Of a stretch of 64,000 bases of DNA, positions 49,458 through 58,477 are shown piece after piece; position 1 is the first letter of the stretch; each line of letters begins with the position of its first letter. The position numbers and the translations under genes were made by a program. The notes beneath the pieces were generated by a model that had not been told where the DNA came from, did no database searches, and saw nothing but the letters and a program-made list of their open reading frames with translations. Source of the DNA: Parcubacteria group bacterium GW2011_GWF2_45_11. Lineage in GTDB: Bacteria > Patescibacteriota > Patescibacteriia > UBA1558 > UBA10009. The stretch covers positions 8,208-72,207 of the forward strand of contig LCKE01000001.1 in NCBI GenBank assembly GCA_001001205.1, read 5' to 3'.

Positions 49458-50246
49458 CTATAAGACAAAATTAGCCACAAGATAACCTACGCCGAAAGGA
49501 CCTTCGTAGCTTAAAATCTGCGGCTGATAATTAAGTTCACCTAAAATGCCTAAAAGTATCAAAATGGAACGGTAGCCGCATTCGCCAGCCTCAGCCAGCA
49601 ATTCCTGCTTGATTTTCGCAATCGCCTGATGATCTTTTTTCTTCAGCAGGTCAATCAACAACCGGTCAAATTCCTGGCCGCGGGGCGAGTAACCGGCCGG
49701 AGCGTCTTCGGTCAGACGGTGCGAAAGATCGCCTGAAGCCACAACAGCAATGCGCTCGTTGGATTGATCAATAATTTTGCGGATTTGCCCGCCGAACTCC
49801 AGATGTTTGTTTCTGGGTAAAAAAGAATAGCCGATGGGAATGACTTTAAGCTTTTTTAAATTCTGGCTTAAATAAAATAAAGGCACGCCGGCGCCATGAT
49901 CCAGCTCATGATCGGTGGTTAAAACCACCGGCAAAACCGCTTCCGCCCGCTCCCGTATCTGATAAGCCAGCCCCAGATTATTGTTAAACTCCAGTTTGGT
50001 TGAAAGATCGCCGAACTGTTCAAACTTAGACGTCAGCGTGGGTGCGTGGTTGATGGTAAAAGCGTCGGCTAAAAGCTCGCTGTGGGGAGTAATGACGATG
50101 ACGGTTTCGGGATTAGCGTGGTATAAATTTTCTTCAAGCTCTTTTAGTCCCTTAACGGTTTTTTCAATCAAAGCTAAATTTTCCCGGCCGATTTCCGGAA
50201 TAAGCAAGGGGGGATGGGGGCAGATGGCCGCAAAAACCAAAGGCAT
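49458..50246 (-). CDS. MEMO1/LigB-fold protein (AmmeMemoRadiSam system protein B-like)
   Basis: Motifs PHPPLLIPEIG, LDHG, ASGDLSH, ECG, YEGPFGVGY. Confidence 0.88.
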   Translation of the reverse strand: MPLVFAAICPHPPLLIPEIGRENLALIEKTVKGLKELEENLYHANPETVIVITPHSELLADAFTINHAPTLTSKFEQFGDLSTKLEFNNNLGLAYQIRERAEAVLPVVLTTDHELDHGAGVPLFYLSQNLKKLKVIPIGYSFLPRNKHLEFGGQIRKIIDQSNERIAVVASGDLSHRLTEDAPAGYSPRGQEFDRLLIDLLKKKDHQAIAKIKQELLAEAGECGYRSILILLGILGELNYQPQILSYEGPFGVGYLVANFVL

Positions 50247-50393
50247 ATTTAGTAAGGTTTAAGACTTATAACTGACGCGTGATGGTTAATTAATCATAAC
50301 ACAGATAAATACGGATGAAAAAAGGCATATCGTGGGGCGTATCTGATGTCCAGTTCACAAAGTGATTTAAGCTGGTTAACCTTCTTTAAAAGG

Positions 50394-50534
50394 TTATTCG
50401 GTATAGATTTCTCCATATTCCGGCAAACGCCTCAGCCTTTTTAAAGGATCTATTTGAACCAAATAATCTTGTAATTCCTCCATGAGTTGTACAAGTACTT
50501 GTTTATTATCTTTGTATTCAACAATTTTTACCAT
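50394..50534 (-). pseudogene. Truncated gene fragment, probably a GNAT acetyltransferase N-terminus
   Basis: MVKIVEYKDNKQVLVQLMEELQDYLVQIDPLKRLRRLPEYGEIYT, continuing NNLLKKVN in a shifted frame. AT-rich. Confidence 0.5.
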
Positions 50535-50740
50535 AACCTTTTAAATACGAATTTTCGTAATGTCAGGCAACGGGCGTGTGTCTGCGACGTTGTCTAAGCC
50601 GCATGGCCATATAATTGCCCCGAGCTTGTCGGGGGCTACCGCCTAAGCAGACAAACAATTTGGGTGAGCACTGAGCGATCTTGAGTGAGGAGCAAAGCGA
50701 CGAGTCAAAAAGGAGTTGAAAAGCACATATTAGGATGTAA

Positions 50741-51118
50741 TTAGTGGTTTTTCTTTGCATTCTCATATGCCGCATGCCCGCCAGCCTTCATGTCTTTTGC
50801 TGGATATTTTTTAGCGTTATATTTAATCTTCTTTAACGTTGAATCAAGTAAGTCAATATCATTTTCTTGGCAAAATTCAAGCAGATAGATAAAAATATCC
50901 GCAACTTCTGCAGCAACTTCATTTTTGTTTTTTTCGGCTACGCTCTTGTTTCTTTCAACATCAGTGCTATCCCATTGATAATGCTCTAAAAGTTCAGCGG
51001 CTTCTAAAACGATTGATTTTGCCAAATCTACCGGGGCAAGACCAAGCCAGTCACGTTCTTTCCTGAAAAAATGAAGTTGCTTAACCACTTCCTCAAAGGT
51101 AATGTTTTTATTGGACAT
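50741..51118 (-). CDS. MazG-like nucleotide pyrophosphohydrolase (dCTPase-like)
   Basis: Motifs ERDW, EAAELLEHYQW, EVADIFIYL, NAKKYP. Start moved to ATG 51118. Confidence 0.9.
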   Translation of the reverse strand: MSNKNITFEEVVKQLHFFRKERDWLGLAPVDLAKSIVLEAAELLEHYQWDSTDVERNKSVAEKNKNEVAAEVADIFIYLLEFCQENDIDLLDSTLKKIKYNAKKYPAKDMKAGGHAAYENAKKNH

Positions 51119-51194
51119 ATAAAAAATAATAAAATTTATTCCCGATGGCAGACAGACAATGAAACTGTCATAAAACCGCCAAAAACTTGAATGA

Positions 51195-52682
51195 TTACTG
51201 CACTTCCAAAAGCTTTGACTCATCTTCTATTAAATCCAGGGCCGGTGTGGAAGTGGCCAGGGCTTCCAAGGCAGAACCGCTCGGATGAACCAGCAGCGCT
51301 TCGCTATTGGTTTCAATAATATTCTGCCAGGCATAGCCGCGAGAAACAAAGGCGGCTTCGTCTTTAATGTGGAGTTTTTGGCCGTCCGAAATAACATAAA
51401 CCTTGCCGTCATTTTTCGCTTTAACTAAGGTGCCGTCTTTAAACCTTACAGGCGAACCCTTGGGGTAACGCTCCAGCTCGTCCATGTGCCCCAAGAGAAT
51501 CGGCTGGCCGGGATAATTAACCTGCAAAATTTCCCCGGCCACAATCGGATACTTAACCCCGTTTTGCACGTAATAAACGCCAGAAGTTTCCACGTCCCTG
51601 ATCAGAGCGCCGGTCGGGTAGCTGCTTTTGAGGGTCAACTCGGCTCCAATCTCAAGCCCGGCCGCGTCCTCTAAGGTGATCTCAATCATTTCCTCCGGAT
51701 TAAAGCCCAGGGTTCTAAAAACCTCCATATCCGCGATATGCCTGAGTTTATCATCCACTAATAAATAAATATTACCGGTAGGATCATGAAGCAATGAATA
51801 CTGGGCAAACTTTATCTCCGGCCCCTCGGCAAAAGAATCTATTTCCGCCTGGGGCACCGCGATTATATTTTTAGGATCAAAATGGCTGATTAACGAAGTA
51901 AAGGAGGCAAACTTGCGGCGCTGGCCGTCGGTAATCAAGTAAACATCATCGCTGTCAGGCGCTTTGAGCAAAGTGCCGTTAGCCCGGAAATGAGAATTTT
52001 CAAACCAGGCATTCCAAATTTTCCAAAAATTATAATTAGCGCCGATGCGGTAACCGTCAACCACCGTATTGCCCTGATAAGGATTGTAGGTGTAAAGGGC
52101 GGCCGTGGCCTTGGTTTGCGGCGTAATGGTGATTTTATCCTGTGTCATTTTGGACACGCCCAAGCACCATTTGGTAAAAGTACAGTAAAATCCGGCCTGG
52201 TGCTTGCCGTAAGCGTTCAAATCCGCCATGTATTCTTTAAATTTTTTAGCGGCGGACTGCACTTGTTTGGTAAAACCTTTGTAAACATCCAGGCAGATTC
52301 CCCCGTAACAGCTGTAGCCGGTCGCCCAGTTGTACTGATTGGCCGAAGGCTCGGTATCGGTTACCAAGCTTTGCTCTTTTTGCAAAAGGGTTAAAAGAAA
52401 GCGGGGATTAATCAGAAACTCCTGGGCCGCGTGCCAGATGGTGTAATAAGCGGCCATGCCGTTGGCCGGATCGGTATAGCTTGCTAAAGCGCCGCCCTGG
52501 ACCTGGAGAAAATCCCTGATTTGCTCAATGCTCATGGCCCTGTAATCCAGCATCTCATCGTCGCTCAAAAGATAGTGAGGATTAAAATCAGGATTATCCT
52601 CGTATGACTCAACGGCCAAGGTCAAATTAAAAGGCAATGATATGGCGATCAAGGAAATTAAAAAAGTTTTTCTGGCGTTCAT
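51195..52682 (-). CDS. Secreted protein with a putative lysozyme-like N-terminal domain and four GxLxK...VY repeats
   Basis: Signal peptide, INPRFLLTLLQKEQSL, ATAALYTYNP, and repeats GTLLKAPDSDDVYLI / GALIRDVETSGVYYV / GTLVKAKNDGKVYVI. Confidence 0.75.
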   Translation of the reverse strand: MNARKTFLISLIAISLPFNLTLAVESYEDNPDFNPHYLLSDDEMLDYRAMSIEQIRDFLQVQGGALASYTDPANGMAAYYTIWHAAQEFLINPRFLLTLLQKEQSLVTDTEPSANQYNWATGYSCYGGICLDVYKGFTKQVQSAAKKFKEYMADLNAYGKHQAGFYCTFTKWCLGVSKMTQDKITITPQTKATAALYTYNPYQGNTVVDGYRIGANYNFWKIWNAWFENSHFRANGTLLKAPDSDDVYLITDGQRRKFASFTSLISHFDPKNIIAVPQAEIDSFAEGPEIKFAQYSLLHDPTGNIYLLVDDKLRHIADMEVFRTLGFNPEEMIEITLEDAAGLEIGAELTLKSSYPTGALIRDVETSGVYYVQNGVKYPIVAGEILQVNYPGQPILLGHMDELERYPKGSPVRFKDGTLVKAKNDGKVYVISDGQKLHIKDEAAFVSRGYAWQNIIETNSEALLVHPSGSALEALATSTPALDLIEDESKLLEVQ

Positions 52683-52738
52683 GGTAAATAAAATAAGCAA
52701 AAGCTAAGCCTTAACATCTCCTCCAGTCTAACAAAAAA

Positions 52739-53812
52739 TCACTCAAATTTCAACGGTAATTGATAACCGCACTTAGGGCATTGACCCGCTAAGCTGTAAT
52801 TGGTGATTTCATAGGCGCGGCGCCTGATCACCAAGGCGCGGCAACAAGGACAATAGGTGTTTTCCCGGCCGTCATTAAGTAAATTGCCCGTGTAAACATA
52901 GCTCAGCCCCGCTTTCAGTCCGGCCTCATAAGCGGCGTCAATCAAGCCGGCGGGTGTGGGCTGATAAGACTGGAGCAAATAAGAAATCTCCGGAGAAAAT
53001 TTGGAAATGTGCCAGGGAACGTCAGGCGAAAGTTCGGTGGCGATAAAATCGGCAATGTCCCCAAGCTGATCCAGCTTGTCTGTCTGGCCAGGGACCAGCA
53101 GGGTGGTCACTTCCAGGTTGACGCCGGCTTTAGCCAGCCGCTGTAAATTTTCCAAAATCGGCGCTAGATGACAGCCGCAATTTTGCCAGTAGATTTGCTC
53201 GTCAAAAAACTTTAAATCCACATTAATGGCGTCCAGCCAGGGGAGTATCTCGTTCAAGCAGTCTTTGGACATGTAGCCATTGGAAACCCAAATATTTTTT
53301 AGGCTATGTTGGCGCGCCAGTTTCATGCAGTCCAAAGCGTACTCAAAAAAAATCGTCGGCTCGGTGTAGGTATAGGCAATTGACCGGCAGCCTGATTCTA
53401 CGGCTTCGGCCACCACCTCTTGTACGCTGACATCATCACCGGGAAACAAAAAATTGTTTTCTTGTCGCACCCCTCTCGTTCCGCTTGCAAAGTCGGGCCG
53501 GGGATTTTTTGATTCTTTAATTCCCTGGCTAATCTGCCAGTTCTGACAATTAGCGCAACACAAATTGCAACCGACCGCAGCGATTGAGTAGGCGGCCGTC
53601 CCCGGCAAAAAATGAAACAGCGGCTTTTTTTCCACCGGATCAACCGCTCTGGCAATCAGGCGTCCGTAATTCAAACTGACTAACAAGCCCGCCTGATTCT
53701 GCCTGACACCGCAAAGACCCCGCTGATTCTCGCTCAACCGGCAAAAATGGCGGCACAAACAACATTGGACCAAACACCTGGGTAATTTTTTGTATAAGCC
53801 GGCTTCTCTCAT
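52739..53812 (-). CDS. AmmeMemoRadiSam system radical SAM enzyme
   Basis: DPVEKKPLFHF, CxxxCxxC (CNLCCANCQNW), YTYTEP, and C-terminal CxxC pairs. Confidence 0.93.
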   Translation of the reverse strand: MREAGLYKKLPRCLVQCCLCRHFCRLSENQRGLCGVRQNQAGLLVSLNYGRLIARAVDPVEKKPLFHFLPGTAAYSIAAVGCNLCCANCQNWQISQGIKESKNPRPDFASGTRGVRQENNFLFPGDDVSVQEVVAEAVESGCRSIAYTYTEPTIFFEYALDCMKLARQHSLKNIWVSNGYMSKDCLNEILPWLDAINVDLKFFDEQIYWQNCGCHLAPILENLQRLAKAGVNLEVTTLLVPGQTDKLDQLGDIADFIATELSPDVPWHISKFSPEISYLLQSYQPTPAGLIDAAYEAGLKAGLSYVYTGNLLNDGRENTYCPCCRALVIRRRAYEITNYSLAGQCPKCGYQLPLKFE

Positions 53813-54101
53813 AAGTCTATTATAGCAATTGAATCAGAGTAATAAAAATGCTAAAATAGGACGGAGATTGGGTGAGTTGGTCATTAGGTAGATCAGATAG
53901 ATTGATTGATCAGGTTGATTGGGAGATTAGGTTGTTAGCTAATTAATTATCTAACATAGCCCAACCGACCCAAGCCACCAATGAACCCGTTTCCGTGTAA
54001 CTCATAACGCGTATCGCGGATCATGCCCGCCCGCCACCACAACAAGTCGGGCGGGTAACCCGTAACAAATAATCAAAAAATCAATTTCTTGCTTTAAACT
54101 A

Positions 54102-54195
54102 AGGGATTTCTCCCTGCCATAGCCGTAGCGAAGCAACAGCTTTGCGCAGGCAGGCGCTCGTCCTCACTAAAGTTTGTCTTCGGTCAAAATGACAA
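54102..54195. repeat. Palindromic element, copy C (single arm)
   Basis: Matches the reverse complement of 49264-49357 at 89/94 by manual comparison. Confidence 0.9.
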
Positions 54196-54257
54196 ACAAC
54201 TAACGTAACTCTTAACGCTTAACTCATCATTCTAATCCACCCATTCACCCAATAAAA

Positions 54258-54806
54258 ATGAAACGAATTTTCCTCGGTATTGATTTACCTCATGAGTTGA
54301 AAAATAAAATAGAAAAGCTGAAAAACGAATATCAGCTGAAAAATCTGCCGATTAAATTGGTTGAGCCGGAGAACAGCCATATCGCCTTTAAATTTTTGGC
54401 TAACCTGACAGACGAACAAATAGCCCGGGTGGCGGAGACTGTCAGCCGGGCGGTGGAAAACTTTAAATGCTTTAACGTTAGCATCTCCGGCTGTTTGGCT
54501 TTTCCTAACTTTGAGCATGCCAGAGTCCTGGCTCTAAAAGTCGTCAGCCCCAACTTAAACGGCCTGGCCACCAAACTGTTCAGCCGCTTTAACGAACTTG
54601 ATTTTATTGAGCCGGAACAAAGGCCCTACGCGCCTCACGTGACTTTGGGCAGAATTAAAGATACCTTAACCCTCAGCCAGCAGCAAAAAATTTCCCAGCT
54701 AAAATTCGGCGCGGAATTCCTGGTTGACCGTCTCCAGCTTTTTCACAGCCAGTTGACCGCTGACGGTCCCGCTTATGCTGTTTTAAAAAACTTTCAACTT
54801 AAATAA
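54258..54806 (+). CDS. thpR: RNA 2',3'-cyclic phosphodiesterase (2H family)
   Basis: RIFLGIDL, SHIAFKFL, PHVTLGR, SQLTADGPAY. The first 2H motif reads HIA rather than HxT. Confidence 0.85.
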   Translation: MKRIFLGIDLPHELKNKIEKLKNEYQLKNLPIKLVEPENSHIAFKFLANLTDEQIARVAETVSRAVENFKCFNVSISGCLAFPNFEHARVLALKVVSPNLNGLATKLFSRFNELDFIEPEQRPYAPHVTLGRIKDTLTLSQQQKISQLKFGAEFLVDRLQLFHSQLTADGPAYAVLKNFQLK

Positions 54807-55654
54807 TGAAAGCCAATATCCTCGGCGTACAAATCGACGTGTTAACCAAAACAAAAGCGCTGGAGCAAATTGAGCGATTTTTAAGCTCGGACCGGCAACA
54901 CCAAGTGGTCACGGCCAACCCGGAAATGGTATTACAGGCCTGGCGCCATGATGACTTTCGCCGGCTGATTAACAACAGTAGCCTGGTGGTGGCCGACGGC
55001 ATCGGTTTGCTCTGGGCCGCTAAATTTTTGGCGCTGAAAAGCTCAAATTTCATTATCTCGCTCTGCCAGCTGATCATCAGCAGCCTGAGCCTGGTCATTA
55101 GCCCGGACTATTGCCGCCAGGTTTTGCCGGAAAGAATTACCGGCGTGGATCTGCTGGAAAAAATCTGCGAACAGGCAAGCCGGAAAAATTGGAAAGTTTA
55201 TCTTCTGGGCGGGGCAGAGGGCATCGCTGAAAAAACGTCAGCGGTTCTTAAAAAACGTTATCTGGAACTTAAAATAGTCGGCGCTGATCATGGTTACGAA
55301 TTACTAATAACCAATGACAAATTACAACCGGACGAAAAAAACAATCAGCCAATGGTCAGCCGCATCAATCAACAACAACCCGACATTCTCTTGGTCGCTT
55401 TCGGCGCCCTTAAGCAGGAGTACTGGATTAAGGAAAATCTGAGTAAGCTGACGAGCGTTAAAGTGGCGATGGGCGTGGGGGGCGCCTTTGACTTTATTGC
55501 GGGCCGCGCCAAGCGCGCGCCGGAAATTTACCGCGAGCTGGGCCTGGAATGGCTGCACCGTTTTTGCCACCAGCCCTGGCGGGCAACAAGAATGTTCAAC
55601 GCCACTCTCAAATTCATTTACCGCGTCAGCAAATATAAACATCACCTTGGTTGA
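54806..55654 (+). CDS. WecB/TagA/CpsF-family glycosyltransferase
   Basis: Motifs TANPE, ADGIG, RITGVDL, KQEYWI, GVGGAFDF, GLEW. Confidence 0.93.
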   Translation: MKANILGVQIDVLTKTKALEQIERFLSSDRQHQVVTANPEMVLQAWRHDDFRRLINNSSLVVADGIGLLWAAKFLALKSSNFIISLCQLIISSLSLVISPDYCRQVLPERITGVDLLEKICEQASRKNWKVYLLGGAEGIAEKTSAVLKKRYLELKIVGADHGYELLITNDKLQPDEKNNQPMVSRINQQQPDILLVAFGALKQEYWIKENLSKLTSVKVAMGVGGAFDFIAGRAKRAPEIYRELGLEWLHRFCHQPWRATRMFNATLKFIYRVSKYKHHLG

Positions 55655-55656
55655 AT

Positions 55657-56184
55657 ATGACGGAAAAAATCACTTTGGTTGACGAAAACAACAACATCAC
55701 CGGCTACGAAGAAAAATTAAAAGTGCATCAGCTGGGACTGTTGCACGCGGCTTTTTCCATCTTTATCTTCAATGACAAAGAAGAGATGCTGATCCAAAAA
55801 AGGCATCCGGCCAAATATCATTCCGGCGGCTTATGGGCCAACAGCTGCTGCAGTCACCCCCGGCAAGACGAAATCATTGATCAAGCCATCCACCGCCGCC
55901 TGCGGGAGGAACTGGGCTTTGATTGTCCGCTAAAAAAAATCTTTGACTTTACTTATCGGGTGGAATTTGAAAACGGCCTGATTGAACACGAGCTGGATAA
56001 TGTTTTTCTCGGCCGGTTTAACGGGCCCGTTCACCCCAATCCCCAAAAAATACAAGACGTCAAATGGCTTAAGCTGGATGACTTAGCCAGCGACATTAAA
56101 AACCGTTCGGCACAATACGCTTACTGGTTCAAGCGGGCTTGGCCGCGGGTGATAAAGTTTATCAGTCATTATGGCACTCTATAA
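55657..56184 (+). CDS. idi: Isopentenyl-diphosphate delta-isomerase, type 1
   Basis: Motifs LHAAFS, WANSCCSHP, RRLREELG, EHE. Confidence 0.93.
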   Translation: MTEKITLVDENNNITGYEEKLKVHQLGLLHAAFSIFIFNDKEEMLIQKRHPAKYHSGGLWANSCCSHPRQDEIIDQAIHRRLREELGFDCPLKKIFDFTYRVEFENGLIEHELDNVFLGRFNGPVHPNPQKIQDVKWLKLDDLASDIKNRSAQYAYWFKRAWPRVIKFISHYGTL

Positions 56185-56278
56185 GATTTAATCGTAATGT
56201 GATAAAATCTATAAGCTGGCGGAAAAACAAAATAATTTTATCCGGCCGGGTTAGCCACTGATTACAAATTTCCTAGAT

Positions 56279-56304
56279 AAAAAAAGAGGTTTCCGGGAAA
56301 CCTC
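56279..56304 (-). terminator. Intrinsic terminator of the 59-aa gene
   Basis: Minus strand GAGGTTTCC-C-GGAAACCTC-TTTTTTT. Confidence 0.75.
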
Positions 56305-56318
56305 AAATATTCGGTAAC

Positions 56319-56498
56319 TTAGCCTGACTGACTCTCCTGGTCACCATCAGGAAAAATCGTCAGTGTTAGGCACGCAATGGCAACAGCTATAGTTGCCAAA
56401 ATGTGCCAGAATATGCTGGCGTCAAACAACCAGCATATTCCATTATATACTAGTGCCAAAAAAACAAATATGGCACTGTAGACAACATTCCTCGTCAT
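56319..56498 (-). CDS. 59-aa two-TM membrane peptide (not in the ORF track)
   Basis: MTRNVVYSAIFVFLALVYNGICWLFDASIFWHILATIAVAIACLTLTIFPDGDQESQSG*. SD-like AGGGGGTG, promoter TTGACA-N17-TAAATT (56562-56534), and a terminator. Confidence 0.7.
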   Translation of the reverse strand: MTRNVVYSAIFVFLALVYNGICWLFDASIFWHILATIAVAIACLTLTIFPDGDQESQSG

Positions 56499-56747
56499 AC
56501 CACCCCCTATTTTCCCGTGAACCAGATAAATATAATTTACAAAAATAAAACAAATATGTCAATCAAGCGTTAGCAAATAAAAACAGCGCATTCTCAAGAG
56601 GAACTTTCCCGTATCGCCCAGCAGAAATATGCACTGCCGAGAATAGGGGAATCAGAAAAAGCGCTGAATAAATTTAACAAAAAAAAGAAAGCTTCAACTG
56701 CCTTAAATCCATTAATTTTTATCTTCAGCCTCTGCGGCTTAAAGCAT

Positions 56748-56778
56748 AAAAAAAATGAGACCGGGCAACCGATCTCAT
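56748..56778 (-). terminator. Intrinsic terminator of the 29-aa gene
   Basis: Minus strand ATGAGATCGG-TTGC-CCGGTCTCAT followed by a T run. Confidence 0.75.
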
Positions 56779-56791
56779 GAATCCGAAGAAG

Positions 56792-56881
56792 TCAGCTCAG
56801 GCGCTGACCGCCCATAAGCCTGAGCAAACCGTCCCTGAGAACTTCCAGACACATTAAACCAAAAATTTTAAAGTAAATCAT
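56792..56881 (-). CDS. 29-aa amphipathic peptide (not in the ORF track)
   Basis: MIYFKIFGLMCLEVLRDGLLRLMGGQRLS*. SD AAAGGAGGT, promoter TTGACA-N18-TAAATT (56947-56918), and a terminator. Confidence 0.6.
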   Translation of the reverse strand: MIYFKIFGLMCLEVLRDGLLRLMGGQRLS

Positions 56882-57001
56882 CCCACCTCCTTTAGGCTAA
56901 AAAACGTAACAATATCTAATTTAGGCCGGCCTTGACTTAAATGTCAAATTTTTAAAAAAAATAATCTTAAAAATTTAACCTGATTTTAACCTATCAGCCA
57001 A

Positions 57002-58477
57002 TTGATTAAAACCCGTTTCGCGCCGTCGCCGACCGGTTACCTTCACATCGGCGGCTTAAGAGGCGCCCTCTATCCCTACCTTTTCGCCAAACAGCATAAG
57101 GGCAAATTTGTTTTACGCTTGGAAGACACTGATCAATCCCGGTACGTTAAAGGCGCCGTGGAAAACATTATCCAAACCCTGCAAAAAATCGGCCTGGAAT
57201 GGGACGAAGGGCCTTATTTGGATAAAACCCTTAACATTAAACAAAAAGGCCGATTTGGCCCATATTTTCAGTCTCAGAGGCTACCAATCTATCAACAATA
57301 TGCCCAAAAATTAATTGACAGCGGCCAGGCCTATTATTGCTTTTGCAGTACCGACCGGCTGGAAAAATTGCGCCAACTGCAACAAGGGCAAAATCAACCA
57401 TCCAAATATGACGGCTGTTGCCGCAGATTAACCGAAAAATACAAAAGCGCCAAATTCAAAATTCAAAATTCAAAATTACTCGTTAATGACCGGCCGGCCG
57501 TCATCAGGCTTAAAATTCCCCAAAGCGGGGAAGTCAGGTTTAATGATTTAATCAGAGGGGAAGTTAAAATCCAGATGGAAGATATTGACGATCAGGTGCT
57601 GATAAAATCAGACGGTTTTCCCACTTATCATCTGGCCGTGGTGATTGACGATCATCTCATGGGCATCACCCATGTTATCAGGGGAGAAGAGTGGATTTCT
57701 TCCACGCCCAAGCATATTTTGCTTTACCAATTTTTAAACTGGGACCTGCCTAAATTCGCCCATCTGCCCCTGCTGTTGAACAAAGACCGCTCAAAACTGT
57801 CCAAACGCCAGGGCGACGTGGCGGCGGAGGACTATCTAAAAAAAGGTTACCTGCCGGAAGCCCTGCTCAATTACGTGGCTCTGCTTGGCTGGCATCCCTC
57901 AGACGACCGTGAACTTTTCCGCCTGAAAGAGCTAATTAAAAATTTTGATTTAAGCCGGGTGCAAAAAGCCGGGGCGATCTTTGACTCAGACAAACTCAAC
58001 TGGTTCAACTGCTTTTACATTAAAAACAAGCCGGACAAAGAGTTATTGAGACTCGCTAAAAAATTCCTGCCGGACGTGCCGGATAAATTGCTAGATAAAA
58101 TTCTTAAAGTGGAAAAATCCAGGCTCAGCTATCTGGCGGAAATCTGCGACCGCGCCGGCTACTTTTTAAACTTGGCGGATTATGAGCCTGAAATTTTAAT
58201 TTTTAAAAAATCAGACGGGGGAACGGCGCGGCTGGCCCTGGAAAAAGTTATGGACCGCTTAAACGGCCTTAAAAAATGGCAGCCGGAAAAAATCAAACAG
58301 GCTTTGGCGGCGGTTGTCCAGGAAAACCGGCTAACGAACGGCGACGTTTTCTGGCCGGTCAGAGTGGCCCTCTCCGGCCTCAAGCAAAGCCCGCCGCCGG
58401 AAGAGATCATGGCCGTTTTGGAAAAAGATGAAAGCCTGACAAGAATCCAGTCGGCCTTAGATAAACTAAAAAAATGA
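57002..58477 (+). CDS. gltX: Glutamate--tRNA ligase
   Basis: Motifs RFAPSPTGYLHIG, THVIRGEEW, KLSKR. TTG start. Confidence 0.97.
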   Translation: MIKTRFAPSPTGYLHIGGLRGALYPYLFAKQHKGKFVLRLEDTDQSRYVKGAVENIIQTLQKIGLEWDEGPYLDKTLNIKQKGRFGPYFQSQRLPIYQQYAQKLIDSGQAYYCFCSTDRLEKLRQLQQGQNQPSKYDGCCRRLTEKYKSAKFKIQNSKLLVNDRPAVIRLKIPQSGEVRFNDLIRGEVKIQMEDIDDQVLIKSDGFPTYHLAVVIDDHLMGITHVIRGEEWISSTPKHILLYQFLNWDLPKFAHLPLLLNKDRSKLSKRQGDVAAEDYLKKGYLPEALLNYVALLGWHPSDDRELFRLKELIKNFDLSRVQKAGAIFDSDKLNWFNCFYIKNKPDKELLRLAKKFLPDVPDKLLDKILKVEKSRLSYLAEICDRAGYFLNLADYEPEILIFKKSDGGTARLALEKVMDRLNGLKKWQPEKIKQALAAVVQENRLTNGDVFWPVRVALSGLKQSPPPEEIMAVLEKDESLTRIQSALDKLKK

